64,000 nt of DNA from Elusimicrobia bacterium RIFCSPLOWO2_02_FULL_39_32 (GTDB taxonomy: Bacteria > Elusimicrobiota > Elusimicrobia > 2-02-FULL-39-32): contig MGUU01000010.1 of NCBI GenBank assembly GCA_001800135.1, forward strand, positions 115,696 through 179,695, written 5' to 3'. The translations under genes and the position numbers were made by a program. Positions 1-9,738 of this stretch are shown here, one piece after another. Every line of letters begins with the position of its first letter. Position 1 is the stretch's first letter. The notes under the pieces were generated by a model that had not been told where the DNA came from, made no database searches, and saw only the letters and a program-made list of their open reading frames with translations.

Positions 1-63
1 GAAATTTTAACTTAACAAAAAATCGTCTCTATAAAGCCAAAGATATTTTAAAATATCTCTAAA

Positions 64-1347
64 CTATTTATGATCTTTTACTTTTTTGATTTCTTGGATA
101 ATTAAAGGAATGAGCTCATAAAGATCCCCCTCTACAGAGAGGGTGGCTAGTTTAAACATGGGGCATTCAGGATCTTTGTTAATGGCAATAATATTTTCAG
201 CTGAAGACATGCCTGCTAAATGTTGGATCTGGCCTGAAATTCCGCAGGCAATATAAAGTTTTGGCCTAACAGTACGGCCAGTAAGACCTACTTGATGACG
301 GTATGGTATCCAGCCTGCATCCACTGTGGGACGGGATGCTCCTACAGCTCCTCCCACTACCTTTGCGAATTCTTCAATCAGTTTAAAGCCTTCTGGTTTG
401 CCTAAACCTCTGCCGCCTGATACAATTTTTTCCGCGCCGGTAATGTCTATGGTTTCATCTTTTTCCGGCACATATTTAATAAATTTGGTGCGGATATTCC
501 ATTTGGATGGATCTACTGGAACATTTATTATTTCCCCTTTTCTGCCAGGTACTTTTAGAGCTCTGGGAAAAGACATGGGACGAACCGTCGCCATTTCCGG
601 CCTATGTTTTTCACAAAGAATGGTTGCCATTAAATTTCCGCCAAAAGAAGGGCGCGTGGCATGGAGCATTCTAGTTTTAGGATTAATTGAAAGTTCAGTT
701 GAGTCCGCTGTAATGCCGGTTTGCGCAGCTATAGCCACACGGCTGGAAAAAGATCTGCCAATAATGGAGGCAGGCATGAGCAGTTTATTTGGTTTTTCTT
801 TTTTAATCAGTTCTGTTAGAGCGACTGTGTAAACTTCATCTACAAAGTGTTCAAAAACAGGATGATCTAAAACATAAACTTTATCCGCTCCATGTTCAAT
901 TAGATCTTGAGCGTGAGAAGTTACTTTATGACCGATGATCACCGCAGACAAGTCTTCGTTTAAATCTAAAGAAAGTTTTTTTGCAACATGCAGAAGTTCA
1001 TAAATGGTTGGCATAAGATGGCTGTGCCTTTGTTCCGCAAAACACCAGACCCCTTTGTAGGAGGCAGTGTCAATTTGAACATTGACTACTTCTTTTTTCA
1101 TGACAATGGCATGGAAAAAGTCCGGATTCGGCATTTTTATTTTAGTTTTTTCAAAAAGTTTGTCGCAGTCCTCCACGCAGGCGTTGCAGAATACGCATTT
1201 ATTGACGTCAATCACCGCTAATTTTTTCCAGCGCACGTTTTCTTCTTTTGGCCTGTCTGCCATGGAAATACAGTTCACTGGGCAAACTTTCACGCAGGAA
1301 CCACAACCCGTGCAACGTTCTTTTAAAATAAAAATTTCATTAGCCAT
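64..1347 (-). CDS. etfA: Electron transfer flavoprotein alpha subunit (EtfA/FixB) with fused N-terminal 2x[4Fe-4S] ferredoxin domain
   Basis: 427-aa ORF. The N-terminus carries two CxxCxxCxxxCP-type clusters (CTGCGSCVKVCP and CVFCNACVEDC). The C-terminal FAD-binding region is typical of EtfA (PKLYIACGISGQIQHLAGM). It lies directly downstream of etfB and an acyl-CoA dehydrogenase. Confidence 0.85.
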   Translation of the reverse strand: MANEIFILKERCTGCGSCVKVCPVNCISMADRPKEENVRWKKLAVIDVNKCVFCNACVEDCDKLFEKTKIKMPNPDFFHAIVMKKEVVNVQIDTASYKGVWCFAEQRHSHLMPTIYELLHVAKKLSLDLNEDLSAVIIGHKVTSHAQDLIEHGADKVYVLDHPVFEHFVDEVYTVALTELIKKEKPNKLLMPASIIGRSFSSRVAIAAQTGITADSTELSINPKTRMLHATRPSFGGNLMATILCEKHRPEMATVRPMSFPRALKVPGRKGEIINVPVDPSKWNIRTKFIKYVPEKDETIDITGAEKIVSGGRGLGKPEGFKLIEEFAKVVGGAVGASRPTVDAGWIPYRHQVGLTGRTVRPKLYIACGISGQIQHLAGMSSAENIIAINKDPECPMFKLATLSVEGDLYELIPLIIQEIKKVKDHK

Positions 1348-1351
1348 GGTT

Positions 1352-2158
1352 TTATAATAATTTCATTTCTAAAAGTTTTGCAACTAAATTTTTCGCTTTT
1401 TCTTCAGGGGTTGTTCCCTCAATTTTAACGCCTCCGGTTCTAGGAGGAGGGTTAAAACTGGAAGCCACAATGGTTGGTGAGCCTCCCAAACCAATTTTAG
1501 TTTTATCTGCTTCAATATCTTGAGCTGTCCAGCGGGGAATCACTGCTTTTTTAGCCGCCATTTTTCCTCTTAAAGAGGGGACCCTTGGCTCATTAATTTC
1601 TTTGACCACAGCGATGAGAGCAGGGAGAGGCATTTCAATAATATCCGTGCCATCTTCCATCATCCTCCAGACTCGGATAGAGCTTTCTGAAACCTCTTCT
1701 ACTTTTTTCACATAGGCCACATTGGGAAAATCCAGCCAAGCTGCGACTCCAGGCCCTACATGGCCTGTGTCTCCATCGTTAGTTTGTTTACCACAAATGA
1801 CCAAACTAATTTTTTTTCCAGTTTCTTTTTCAATTTTGCGTATTCCCATTTGCAAAGCATAAGAAGTGGCGTAGGTGTCTGCTCCAGCAAAGGCTCTATC
1901 GCATAGATGAAACCCAAGGTCAGCGCCTCGGGAAATCGCATCCCTTAAAGCTTCTTCTGCTTGCGGAGGTCCCATGGTAATGACCGACACTGTTGTATTC
2001 GGAACCCTTTCTTTGATGCGTACCCCTTCTTCAATCGCGTACTCATCAAAGGGATTGATGGCTGCTGCCATTCCCTCTCTTTTTAACGTTCCGGTTTTGG
2101 GGTCTATCTGTACGTTAGAAGTTGCTGGAGTTTGTTTGATACAAATAACAATATGCAT
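1352..2158 (-). CDS. etfB: Electron transfer flavoprotein beta subunit (EtfB/FixA)
   Basis: 268-aa ORF starting MHIVICIKQTP...NPFDEYAIEE, with the ICGKQTNDGDTGHVGP motif typical of EtfB. It sits 4 nt upstream of etfA. Confidence 0.85.
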   Translation of the reverse strand: MHIVICIKQTPATSNVQIDPKTGTLKREGMAAAINPFDEYAIEEGVRIKERVPNTTVSVITMGPPQAEEALRDAISRGADLGFHLCDRAFAGADTYATSYALQMGIRKIEKETGKKISLVICGKQTNDGDTGHVGPGVAAWLDFPNVAYVKKVEEVSESSIRVWRMMEDGTDIIEMPLPALIAVVKEINEPRVPSLRGKMAAKKAVIPRWTAQDIEADKTKIGLGGSPTIVASSFNPPPRTGGVKIEGTTPEEKAKNLVAKLLEMKLL

Positions 2159-2163
2159 AAAGA

Positions 2164-3387
2164 TTATTTTTGGGAGAGCTCTTTAATCAAAGCATAACCA
2201 ATCTCATTTCTTTGAATTTGGTTAGTGCCTTCATAAATTTGCGTAATTTTAGCATCCCTCATAAATTTTTCCACAGGAAAATCTCGCATGTACCCAATCC
2301 CGCCGCAAAGCTGCACCGCGTCTGTAGTCACTTTCATCGCTACATCTGAACAGTAGAGTTTAACCATGGCAGAATATTTTGTCCAACGCCGGGAGGCTAT
2401 CTGTTTTAATTCATCATAGACAGCTTTTCCGGATTTTTCGCTGGTCTCTACAGCTTGCAAGAGTTCATGATCCATGGCTTTGGTTACAGTATAAAGCAAG
2501 GCTCTGGCTGCTTCAATCTGGGTAGCCATGTCTGCTGCCATATGCTGGGAAGATTGGAACGATAAAACGGATTGTCCAAACTGTTTTCTCATTTTAGCGT
2601 AAGCCAAGGTTTCATCCAGCGCGCCTTGAGCAATCCCTAAGGCTTGAGCTGCAACTCCGGGTCTTGAAATGTCAAAAGTCCCTTGAGCAACGCTTAAACC
2701 ATGTCCTTCTCCGCCTAAAAGGTTATCCTTGGAAATTTTACAATTATCAAAATTAAGTTCATAAGTGGGACTGGCGCGGATCCCCATTTTTACCTCTTTT
2801 TTGCCCATGCTAAATCCAGCAGTTCCTTTTTCTACTATAAAGGCAGAAATTCCTCTTGCGCCCCGTTTTGGATTAGTAGAAGCAAATAAGGTATAAATTT
2901 CAGCTGCATTGCCATTGGAACAGAAATTTTTTGTTCCATTCAGGATATAGAAATTCCCGTCTTTTTTAGCAGTGCAGCGCGTAGCTGTAGCGTCTGAACC
3001 GGCTTCTGGCTCTGTAATAGTAAATGCGCCTAATTTTTTTCCAGAGGCAAGATCTGGCAAGTATCTCTTTTTTTGTTCCGGAGTTCCAAAAAGGATAATA
3101 GGGAAAGCGCACAGAGCCGTGCAAGCAATGCTAAGAGCAATTCCGCCGCAAGCTTTGGAGATCTCTTCCATCACTAAACAGAGTTCCATTCCTCCGCCGC
3201 CTAATCCTCCATAATTGGGATGAAAATAGACTCCAAATAGATCCGCTTTTCTTAATTCTTCCACAATCGGCCAAGGGTATTCTTCAGTTACGTCATAATG
3301 TTCTCGAACCGGTTTAATCTTTTTTTGAGCGATCTCCCGGGAAATATCTACGATCGCTTGTTGTTCTTCAGTTAAAAAATAGTTCAC
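2164..3387 (-). CDS. Acyl-CoA dehydrogenase (butyryl-CoA dehydrogenase-like)
   Basis: 407 aa. Shows ACAD family motifs (GAFTITEPEAGSD, and QIYEGTNQIQR near the C-terminus). An AAGGAGGGAAC Shine-Dalgarno sequence lies upstream. The gene is adjacent to etfBA. Confidence 0.85.
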   Translation of the reverse strand: MNYFLTEEQQAIVDISREIAQKKIKPVREHYDVTEEYPWPIVEELRKADLFGVYFHPNYGGLGGGGMELCLVMEEISKACGGIALSIACTALCAFPIILFGTPEQKKRYLPDLASGKKLGAFTITEPEAGSDATATRCTAKKDGNFYILNGTKNFCSNGNAAEIYTLFASTNPKRGARGISAFIVEKGTAGFSMGKKEVKMGIRASPTYELNFDNCKISKDNLLGGEGHGLSVAQGTFDISRPGVAAQALGIAQGALDETLAYAKMRKQFGQSVLSFQSSQHMAADMATQIEAARALLYTVTKAMDHELLQAVETSEKSGKAVYDELKQIASRRWTKYSAMVKLYCSDVAMKVTTDAVQLCGGIGYMRDFPVEKFMRDAKITQIYEGTNQIQRNEIGYALIKELSQK

Positions 3388-3419
3388 AATTTTGTTCCCT
3401 CCTTAAAATTTTTTTAGTT

Positions 3420-4109
3420 TTAATGCGCTCCTCCGTTTTTTATTTTTTTTAAAGCAGTATGCGCTGCAGATTGTTCCGCTTCTTTTTTAGATCTGCCTTG
3501 GCCCACCCCAAGTTTTTTCTTTTTGATGCGCACTTCAATGTGAAATTTTTTTTCATGGTCAGGTCCAGTTTCTTTTAAAAGAGAATAAGTGGGCGGTATT
3601 TTATGTTTTTTTTGGATAATTTCTTGCAGCTTACTTTTATAGTCTGTTTGTATAATTCTTTTTCTTTCAGCTAACTTTTCTAGAATCAGAGAGCTTGCTT
3701 TTTCAAATCCTTGGTCTAAGTAAATCGCGCCAATCAGCGCTTCTAAGGCATCCGCCATGGTGGATTCTCTTTCTCTCCCTCCGGAAAGCTCTTCGTTTTC
3801 TGAGAGTCTTAAATAATGGCTGATTTCAAAATCTTTAGCCCAGCGAAAGAGCGAAGGTTTTGACACAAGCAGAGATTTATATTTAGAAAGTTTTCCCTCA
3901 TCTTGATTTGGGAATCTTTTATAAAGAAAATCTGTCACAGCAGCGTTTAAAATACTGTCCCCTAAAAATTCAAGTCTTTCGTTAAACCCCACACCCGGAT
4001 GAGCCATGCCGTATGATTTATGAGTTAAAGCTTGTTCTAATATTTTTTTGTTTTTGAACTTTATTTTTATTTTTTTTTCTAAAGATTCCAAATCGCAGTT
4101 ACTTTCCAT
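3420..4109 (-). CDS. rnc: Ribonuclease III
   Basis: 229 aa. Carries the RNase III signature ERLEFLGDSILN and a C-terminal dsRBD (GPDHEKKFHIEV...GQGRSKKEAEQSAA). It overlaps the fabF stop by 11 nt. Confidence 0.9.
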   Translation of the reverse strand: MESNCDLESLEKKIKIKFKNKKILEQALTHKSYGMAHPGVGFNERLEFLGDSILNAAVTDFLYKRFPNQDEGKLSKYKSLLVSKPSLFRWAKDFEISHYLRLSENEELSGGRERESTMADALEALIGAIYLDQGFEKASSLILEKLAERKRIIQTDYKSKLQEIIQKKHKIPPTYSLLKETGPDHEKKFHIEVRIKKKKLGVGQGRSKKEAEQSAAHTALKKIKNGGAH

Positions 4110-5343
4110 TATACGCTTTTACAACTAAAACAGCGTTATGACCTCCAAACCCAAAAGAATTTGATACAGCGCAGGTTACTTTTAATTCCCTGGCCGTGTT
4201 AGGCACATAATCTAGATCGCAGTCTGGGTCTGGGGTTTCATAGTTAATAGTTGGGTGAACCACTCCATTCAGGATAGAAGAGACACAGGCAATGAGCTCT
4301 ACTCCACCGGCAGCTCCTAAAAGATGACCAGTCATGGATTTGGTAGAGGAGATTGGAATTTTTTTAGCTCTTTCTCCAAAAACTGATTTTATGATTATAG
4401 TTTCTATTTTGTCGTTCAGCTGGGTTGAGGTTCCATGAGCATTAATATAGTTTACATCCTCTAGCGCCACATGAGCGTCCTTAAGGGCATTTTGCACGGC
4501 TTTAGTTTGAGATTTTCCTTCAGGCGAGGGAGAAGTGATATGGTAGGCATCGTCCGTAAGTCCATAGCCTGCCAGCTCCGCAAGGATCCTTGCCCCTCTT
4601 TTTTTTGCATGAGATTCTGTTTCTAAGATCACAATCCCTGCTCCTTCTCCCATCACAAAACCTTCCCGATTTTTTTCAAAAGGTCTGCTCGCTTTTTCCG
4701 GATTTTCATTAAAAGATTCCGCTAAAGCGCCTGCCTGAGAAAATCCGGAAAGTCCAAGTTGGGTGATTGCGGCTTCAGTTCCACCAGAGACCATGATTTC
4801 CGCATCTCCATAGCGTAAATGCCTTAAGGCTTCTCCTATGGCGTTATTTGCGGTAGCGCAGGCTGAGGAAACAGCATAATTAGGCCCAGAAAATCCATAG
4901 GCGATTGAAATTTCACCGGCAGCCATATTGGAGATAAGTTTAGGGATTAGAAAAGGAGAGACGCGTCTTGCTCCTTTTTTTTGGAGAACGGTAAATTCCT
5001 CTTCAATGGTTTGTAATCCTCCAATGCCGCTGCCTACAATCACGCCGATCCTTTCTGGATTTTCTTGATTTAAGTTTAGGCCAGAATCAGCAAGCGCCAT
5101 TTTAGCCGCTGCCATTGCGAATTGAGTGAAACGATCCATCCGTTTTATTTTTTTCTTCTCAATGAATTGATCCGGATGAAAATCTTTTATTTCACCTGCG
5201 ATTCTACAGGGATATTGAGACACGTCCCAAGAACTGATCTTGGATATTCCGGGCTTACCTTCTACGCAACTCTTCCAAAACGCGTCAATTCCAATCCCTA
5301 TGGGACTAACAACGCCTAAACCTGTAATAACAATTTTTTCCAT
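4099..5343 (-). CDS. fabF: 3-oxoacyl-ACP synthase II
   Basis: 414 aa. The KAS II active-site context is present (SSACATANNAIG, HGTSTQLND, KSMTGHLLGAAG). It sits downstream of acpP. Confidence 0.9.
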   Translation of the reverse strand: MEKIVITGLGVVSPIGIGIDAFWKSCVEGKPGISKISSWDVSQYPCRIAGEIKDFHPDQFIEKKKIKRMDRFTQFAMAAAKMALADSGLNLNQENPERIGVIVGSGIGGLQTIEEEFTVLQKKGARRVSPFLIPKLISNMAAGEISIAYGFSGPNYAVSSACATANNAIGEALRHLRYGDAEIMVSGGTEAAITQLGLSGFSQAGALAESFNENPEKASRPFEKNREGFVMGEGAGIVILETESHAKKRGARILAELAGYGLTDDAYHITSPSPEGKSQTKAVQNALKDAHVALEDVNYINAHGTSTQLNDKIETIIIKSVFGERAKKIPISSTKSMTGHLLGAAGGVELIACVSSILNGVVHPTINYETPDPDCDLDYVPNTARELKVTCAVSNSFGFGGHNAVLVVKAYNGK

Positions 5344-5367
5344 TCAAAAACACAATCCTGCGCGCTT

Positions 5368-5607
5368 TTATTTTTTGTGCGCTTTAATATAGTCAATGGC
5401 CTGGCCAACTGTTTGTATTTTTTCAGCTTCTTCATCTGGAATTTCAATGTCAAACTCCTCTTCCAAAGCCATGACCAGCTCTACGGTATCTAAAGAATCC
5501 GCCCCTAAATCATTTACAAAGGATGCTTGAGGGTTTACGGTGCCAGCGTCAACTCCTAGATTCTCCACAATAATTTCTTTTACTTTGCCTTCGATTTCAT
5601 CAGCCAT
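5368..5607 (-). CDS. acpP: Acyl carrier protein
   Basis: 79 aa with the phosphopantetheine attachment motif [20 protein letters not shown]. Confidence 0.95.
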   Translation of the reverse strand: MADEIEGKVKEIIVENLGVDAGTVNPQASFVNDLGADSLDTVELVMALEEEFDIEIPDEEAEKIQTVGQAIDYIKAHKK

Positions 5608-5647
5608 GATTAACCTCCTGTTTGTTCATGCTTTTAGAGGTTTCCAC

Positions 5648-6391
5648 TTACATGTACATTCCGCCATTTACAGAAATGACCTGTCCTGTAATGTAGGAAG
5701 AATCCTCTGATGCTAAAAATAATACGCTTTTTGCAACATCTTCAGGTTCACCGAGACGAGTGAGAGGGATAAGGGAAGAGAGTTTTTGCTTCTGTTCTTC
5801 TGAAAGTACCTCTGTCATTCGGGTTTTAATAAAACCTGGGGCAACTGCATTGACTAGAACGTTTCTGGATGCAAATTCTCTGGCGCAGCTCTTTGTCATT
5901 GCAATCAGGCCGCCTTTAGATGCGGAATAATTTGCTTGGCCGGCATTGCCCATTAACCCAACAATGGAGCAGATGTTTATAATGCGCCCAGATCTTTGTT
6001 TCATCATGGGACGGGCTGCTGCTTTTATGCAATTGAACGCGCCTTTTAAGTTTACAGCAAGGACTGCGTCCCACTCTATTTCTGACATGCGAATCACTAA
6101 ATTATCTTTTGTGATTCCAGCATTGTTCACTAATATATCAATTCGTTGAAATTTGTCAAGAGTTTTGGCAACCATTTCTTCACAATCCAGACTCTTAGTG
6201 ACATCTACTTTTATGCCAAGAGCCTGGACTTTAAATTGGTTTGCCAGTTCTTCTGTTTTATTTTTTAGCAATTCCTCAACCACATCACAAAGAACAAGAT
6301 GCGCGCCTTCTGCCGCTAAGATTTTAGAGATGGAATACCCAATTCCCTGGGCTCCGCCAGTCACAATCGCTACTTTATCTTTTAGTTTCAT
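5648..6391 (-). CDS. fabG: 3-oxoacyl-ACP reductase
   Basis: 247-aa SDR with TGGAQGIG, NNAG and the YSASKGG catalytic motif. It lies between fabD and acpP. Confidence 0.9.
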   Translation of the reverse strand: MKLKDKVAIVTGGAQGIGYSISKILAAEGAHLVLCDVVEELLKNKTEELANQFKVQALGIKVDVTKSLDCEEMVAKTLDKFQRIDILVNNAGITKDNLVIRMSEIEWDAVLAVNLKGAFNCIKAAARPMMKQRSGRIINICSIVGLMGNAGQANYSASKGGLIAMTKSCAREFASRNVLVNAVAPGFIKTRMTEVLSEEQKQKLSSLIPLTRLGEPEDVAKSVLFLASEDSSYITGQVISVNGGMYM

Positions 6392-6404
6392 TTTTCCCCC
6401 AAAA

Positions 6405-7367
6405 TTATGCGCATTGTTTTTCTAATAGATTTTTTAAACTAAGAGGATCTTCCACATTTAAAACAGATTTTTTTCTATCTATTTTTCTCAAGAGGCCTGT
6501 TAGAACTTTACCCGGACCAATTTCAATGAAAAGTTCTACCCCTTCCTCAATCATTTTTTCTATTGTATCCTGCCATAAAACCGGATGGTTTATTTGTTGA
6601 GCTAGTTTTTCTTTTACTTCTTTTCCTATCATGGTCGCCAAAGCATCACAATTTGTTATTACAGGCACTTTAATATCTTGAATTTGACTTTTGAACAAAA
6701 CCTCTTTCATTTTAAAAGCAGCTTCATTCATTAAACTGGAATGAAAAGCCCCGGAGACATTTAACCCTATTCCTTTTGCGTTCGGAAACTTTTTTACTTT
6801 TTCCAGCAGGCTTTGAATCGCATTTTTGCCGCCTGCAACTACAATTTGTCCGGGAGCGTTAAAATTAACCATCTCGCATGGGTTGTGCGCATCCCCACAC
6901 TCCTCGCACAATTTTTGCAAATCAGATTTTTCTATGCCAAGGATCGCTGCCATGGTTCCGGAAAATTTTTCACAGGACTCCTGCATAAATAAACTTCGAT
7001 ATTCTACTAATTTTAAAGCTGTTTGAAAATCAAATGCTCCGGCTGCATGGAGAGCTGAATACTCTCCAAGGCTATGTCCTGCCAGATAACAACATTGTTT
7101 AATCAAAGATGGATGAAGCATGGAAATAAGTTTAAAAATCGCAGAGCTCACAATAAATATCGCAGGTTGAGTTACTTTGGTTTCTTTTAATTCAGTTTCA
7201 GTTCCATAAAATATTTTATTTTTAATGTCAAACCCTAAAATTTGGTTCGCTTCTTCAAAGTGTTCTTTAATTTGAGGGTAGGTCTCATATAAAGATTTTC
7301 CCATTCCCGGAACTTGAGAACCTTGACCTGGAAAGAGGAATGCGATTTTCATATTCTCTTCTACCAC
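6405..7367 (-). CDS. fabD: Malonyl-CoA:ACP transacylase
   Basis: 320 aa with FPGQGSQ and the active-site GHSLGEYSAL. The true start may be the internal MKIAFLF (nt 7352). Confidence 0.9.
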   Translation of the reverse strand: MVEENMKIAFLFPGQGSQVPGMGKSLYETYPQIKEHFEEANQILGFDIKNKIFYGTETELKETKVTQPAIFIVSSAIFKLISMLHPSLIKQCCYLAGHSLGEYSALHAAGAFDFQTALKLVEYRSLFMQESCEKFSGTMAAILGIEKSDLQKLCEECGDAHNPCEMVNFNAPGQIVVAGGKNAIQSLLEKVKKFPNAKGIGLNVSGAFHSSLMNEAAFKMKEVLFKSQIQDIKVPVITNCDALATMIGKEVKEKLAQQINHPVLWQDTIEKMIEEGVELFIEIGPGKVLTGLLRKIDRKKSVLNVEDPLSLKNLLEKQCA

Positions 7368-8350
7368 TGAATCACAGCCGCGCCCCAGGTAAGGCCAGCG
7401 CCAAAAGCCACAAGTTCGAGTAGTTCCCCCTGTTTAATTCTTCCTTCTTTTTGCGCTTCATCCAAAGCCACAATGGTAGTTGCCGCGGACATGTTTCCAT
7501 ATTTTTGAACATTGACAAATACAACATCTTCTTTTAACTCAAGCCTTTTCGCCACAGATTCAATAATGCGTAAATTAGCCTGGTGCGGTATAATCAATTT
7601 TAAATCTGTCGGCTTTTTATCTGCTAATCTTAAGGCAGCTTTGGCAGCTTCCACCATTTTTGTTACAGCAAGTTTATAGACCTCAGGTCCATCCATCTTA
7701 ATGGTGTTTAATTTTTCGTTTAGCGCATTTTGGTCAATGGGCATGCGAGAGCCTCCGGCTGGAACTTTTAAAATTTCTGTATTGCTGCCATCTGCTCCAA
7801 GAAATACGGAAAGAATGCCAGATTCTCCTGTTTCACTGGAAAGCACGCACGCTCCAGCGCCATCCCCAAATAAAATACAAGTCGAACGATCTTGCCAGTT
7901 AGTAATTTTAGAAAGAGTATCCACTCCAATCAGCAAAATTTTTTGCGCGGCTCCAGATTCTATAAAACTTTTAGCGGTGGCCATGCCATAAATAAAACCA
8001 GAACAGGCTGCGGATAGATCCATGGCCCAGGCTTTTTTTGCTCCCAGAGCTGCTTGCAGGATGCAGCCTACAGAAGGAAAAAACATGTCAGGAGTGCAGG
8101 TGCATACAAGTATAGCGTCTAGTTCTTCAGCTTTTGTATGCGCGTTTTCTAGCGCATCTTTTGCCGCTTGAATGGCAAGGTCCGATGTGGACTCTTTTGC
8201 GGTTGTTATTCTTCTTTCTTTTATTCCAGTTCTGCTTTTGATCCATTCATCCGTTGTATTCACCATTTTTTCTAAATCTTGGTTAGTTAAAACAGTTTTA
8301 GGCATGCACTTGCCGGTTCCTATGATTCGAGCTCGTTTTTTGGGTAACAT
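7361..8350 (-). CDS. fabH: 3-oxoacyl-ACP synthase III
   Basis: 329 aa. KAS III motifs are present: AACSGF (active Cys), HQANLRI and GNMSAAT. Confidence 0.9.
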   Translation of the reverse strand: MLPKKRARIIGTGKCMPKTVLTNQDLEKMVNTTDEWIKSRTGIKERRITTAKESTSDLAIQAAKDALENAHTKAEELDAILVCTCTPDMFFPSVGCILQAALGAKKAWAMDLSAACSGFIYGMATAKSFIESGAAQKILLIGVDTLSKITNWQDRSTCILFGDGAGACVLSSETGESGILSVFLGADGSNTEILKVPAGGSRMPIDQNALNEKLNTIKMDGPEVYKLAVTKMVEAAKAALRLADKKPTDLKLIIPHQANLRIIESVAKRLELKEDVVFVNVQKYGNMSAATTIVALDEAQKEGRIKQGELLELVAFGAGLTWGAAVIQW

Positions 8351-8385
8351 ATTTTTTATTGAATGGTTAATGATAGTGAAGAATT

Positions 8386-9477
8386 TTAGTTGCTTTTTGC
8401 AGAGAAGGTAGGGTCGCTATGGTTATTCTCATTTTCGAATTTGGCCACATTTTGATTTCCTTCTGGTTGAAAACACGAGTGAAGGTTTGCTTCCTGAATT
8501 TTTTGAGTGATTTCAAGGTTCACTTTTTTTGAAGCGAATAAAGACGCTTCTCTAACCGCATTTTTAATCGCTTTAGCGCTGGATTTGCCATGGGCTATAA
8601 TGCAAATCCCTTTTACTCCTAAAAGAGGCGCTCCTCCATATTCCGCGTAATCCACTTTCTTTCTAAATTTTTTAAATGCGGGACTAATAAAAAAATAGCC
8701 TATTTTTGCCAAAAGACTTGCCCCAATTTCCGCTTTTATCATTTTTCCCATTACATCCCCGGTGCCTTCCATTATTTTTAATATCACATTGCCTACAAAA
8801 CCATCGCAAACCACAACATCCGCTTTTCCTCTTGGGATATCTCGTCCTTCCACATTGCCTATAAATTGGAAATTTTTAAAAGATTCTAGCAATGGATAAG
8901 TATGTTTAGTTAGGTGATTGCCTTTTTCTTTTTCTTCTCCAATGGAAAGAAGTCCTACTTTAGGATTCTCGATGGATAATATTTTTTCAGCTACGATTTT
9001 TGCCATGATCGCAAATTGAAAAAGATATTCAGGCTTACAGTCAGAGTTGGCTCCTGCATCCGCCACCACGCAATGCCCTTTTTGAGTAGGAATTAAGGTC
9101 GCGATCGCTGGCCTGTAAATTCCATGCAATCTTCCCAAATATCTTAAGGCAGAGGTCATCACAGCCCCTGAATTACCCGCAGAAACAAGCCCATCCACCT
9201 TTCCTTCTGCAAGGAGTTTAGTAGCCACAACAATGCTTGCATCTTGTTTGGAACGGCTGGCTTTGCTTGGGGATTCATGCATCCCAATCACTTGGGAAGC
9301 GTGTTGAATAGAAAGCGGCAGTCCCTCTGTATGATATTTTTTTAGTTCTTCAGAAATTTTTTCCCTGTCCCCAACTAAAACAATGGGAATTTTTAGTTCT
9401 TTTGCGGCCCAGACAGCGCCTTCCACAATTTTTTGAGGCGCGTAATCTCCCCCCATTGCGTCAATTGCAATTTTCAT
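8386..9477 (-). CDS. plsX: Phosphate acyltransferase PlsX
   Basis: 363 aa starting MKIAIDAMGGD, with DGFVGNV... and GAPLLGVKG. It occupies the canonical position between rpmF and fabH. About 35 aa of non-conserved C-terminal tail follow the conserved region. Confidence 0.9.
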   Translation of the reverse strand: MKIAIDAMGGDYAPQKIVEGAVWAAKELKIPIVLVGDREKISEELKKYHTEGLPLSIQHASQVIGMHESPSKASRSKQDASIVVATKLLAEGKVDGLVSAGNSGAVMTSALRYLGRLHGIYRPAIATLIPTQKGHCVVADAGANSDCKPEYLFQFAIMAKIVAEKILSIENPKVGLLSIGEEKEKGNHLTKHTYPLLESFKNFQFIGNVEGRDIPRGKADVVVCDGFVGNVILKIMEGTGDVMGKMIKAEIGASLLAKIGYFFISPAFKKFRKKVDYAEYGGAPLLGVKGICIIAHGKSSAKAIKNAVREASLFASKKVNLEITQKIQEANLHSCFQPEGNQNVAKFENENNHSDPTFSAKSN

Positions 9478-9492
9478 TGTCTGGCAGTTTTT

Positions 9493-9708
9493 TTAAGATC
9501 CGCCCTCTCCCTCTTTTTTCTTTTCTTTTACTTTTCTTGGCAGGATTAATTCACCATTGTAAAAGCCGCATTCAGCGCAAAGTTGGTGCGAAATGTTTGC
9601 AGCGCCGCAGTGAGAACATTTCGAAAGATGCAGATGTTCTATTTTCCAATTAGAACCCCGGCGCATGTCCCTCCTCATCCTGGTATGTTTTTTCTTAGGA
9701 TTTGCCAT
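9493..9708 (-). CDS. rpmF: 50S ribosomal protein L32
   Basis: 71 aa with a basic N-terminus (PKKKHTRMRRDMRR) and a CxxC...CxxC zinc ribbon (CSHCG...CAECG). It lies upstream of plsX. Confidence 0.9.
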   Translation of the reverse strand: MANPKKKHTRMRRDMRRGSNWKIEHLHLSKCSHCGAANISHQLCAECGFYNGELILPRKVKEKKKEGEGGS

Positions 9709-9738
9709 TAGTTTACTCCTTCAATAGAATGTACCAAA

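Noticed and set aside
41-58. 18-bp AT-rich perfect palindrome (agatattttaaaatatct) just downstream of the etfA stop.
   Set aside because: It could be a weak terminator or operator. However, it is all A/T with no loop and little predicted stability. Such palindromes are expected by chance in AT-rich DNA.
326-832. Plus-strand ORFs antisense to well-supported minus-strand genes. Examples are 326..832, 7701..7991, 33618..33935, 46937..47290, 53265..53726, 54482..54835, 56732..57112 and 63503..63910.
   Set aside because: All lie entirely inside genes with strong family motifs on the opposite strand. Their translations are low-complexity (S/P/F/L-rich), have no recognisable motifs and lack SD sequences. 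They are typical shadow ORFs of AT-rich DNA.
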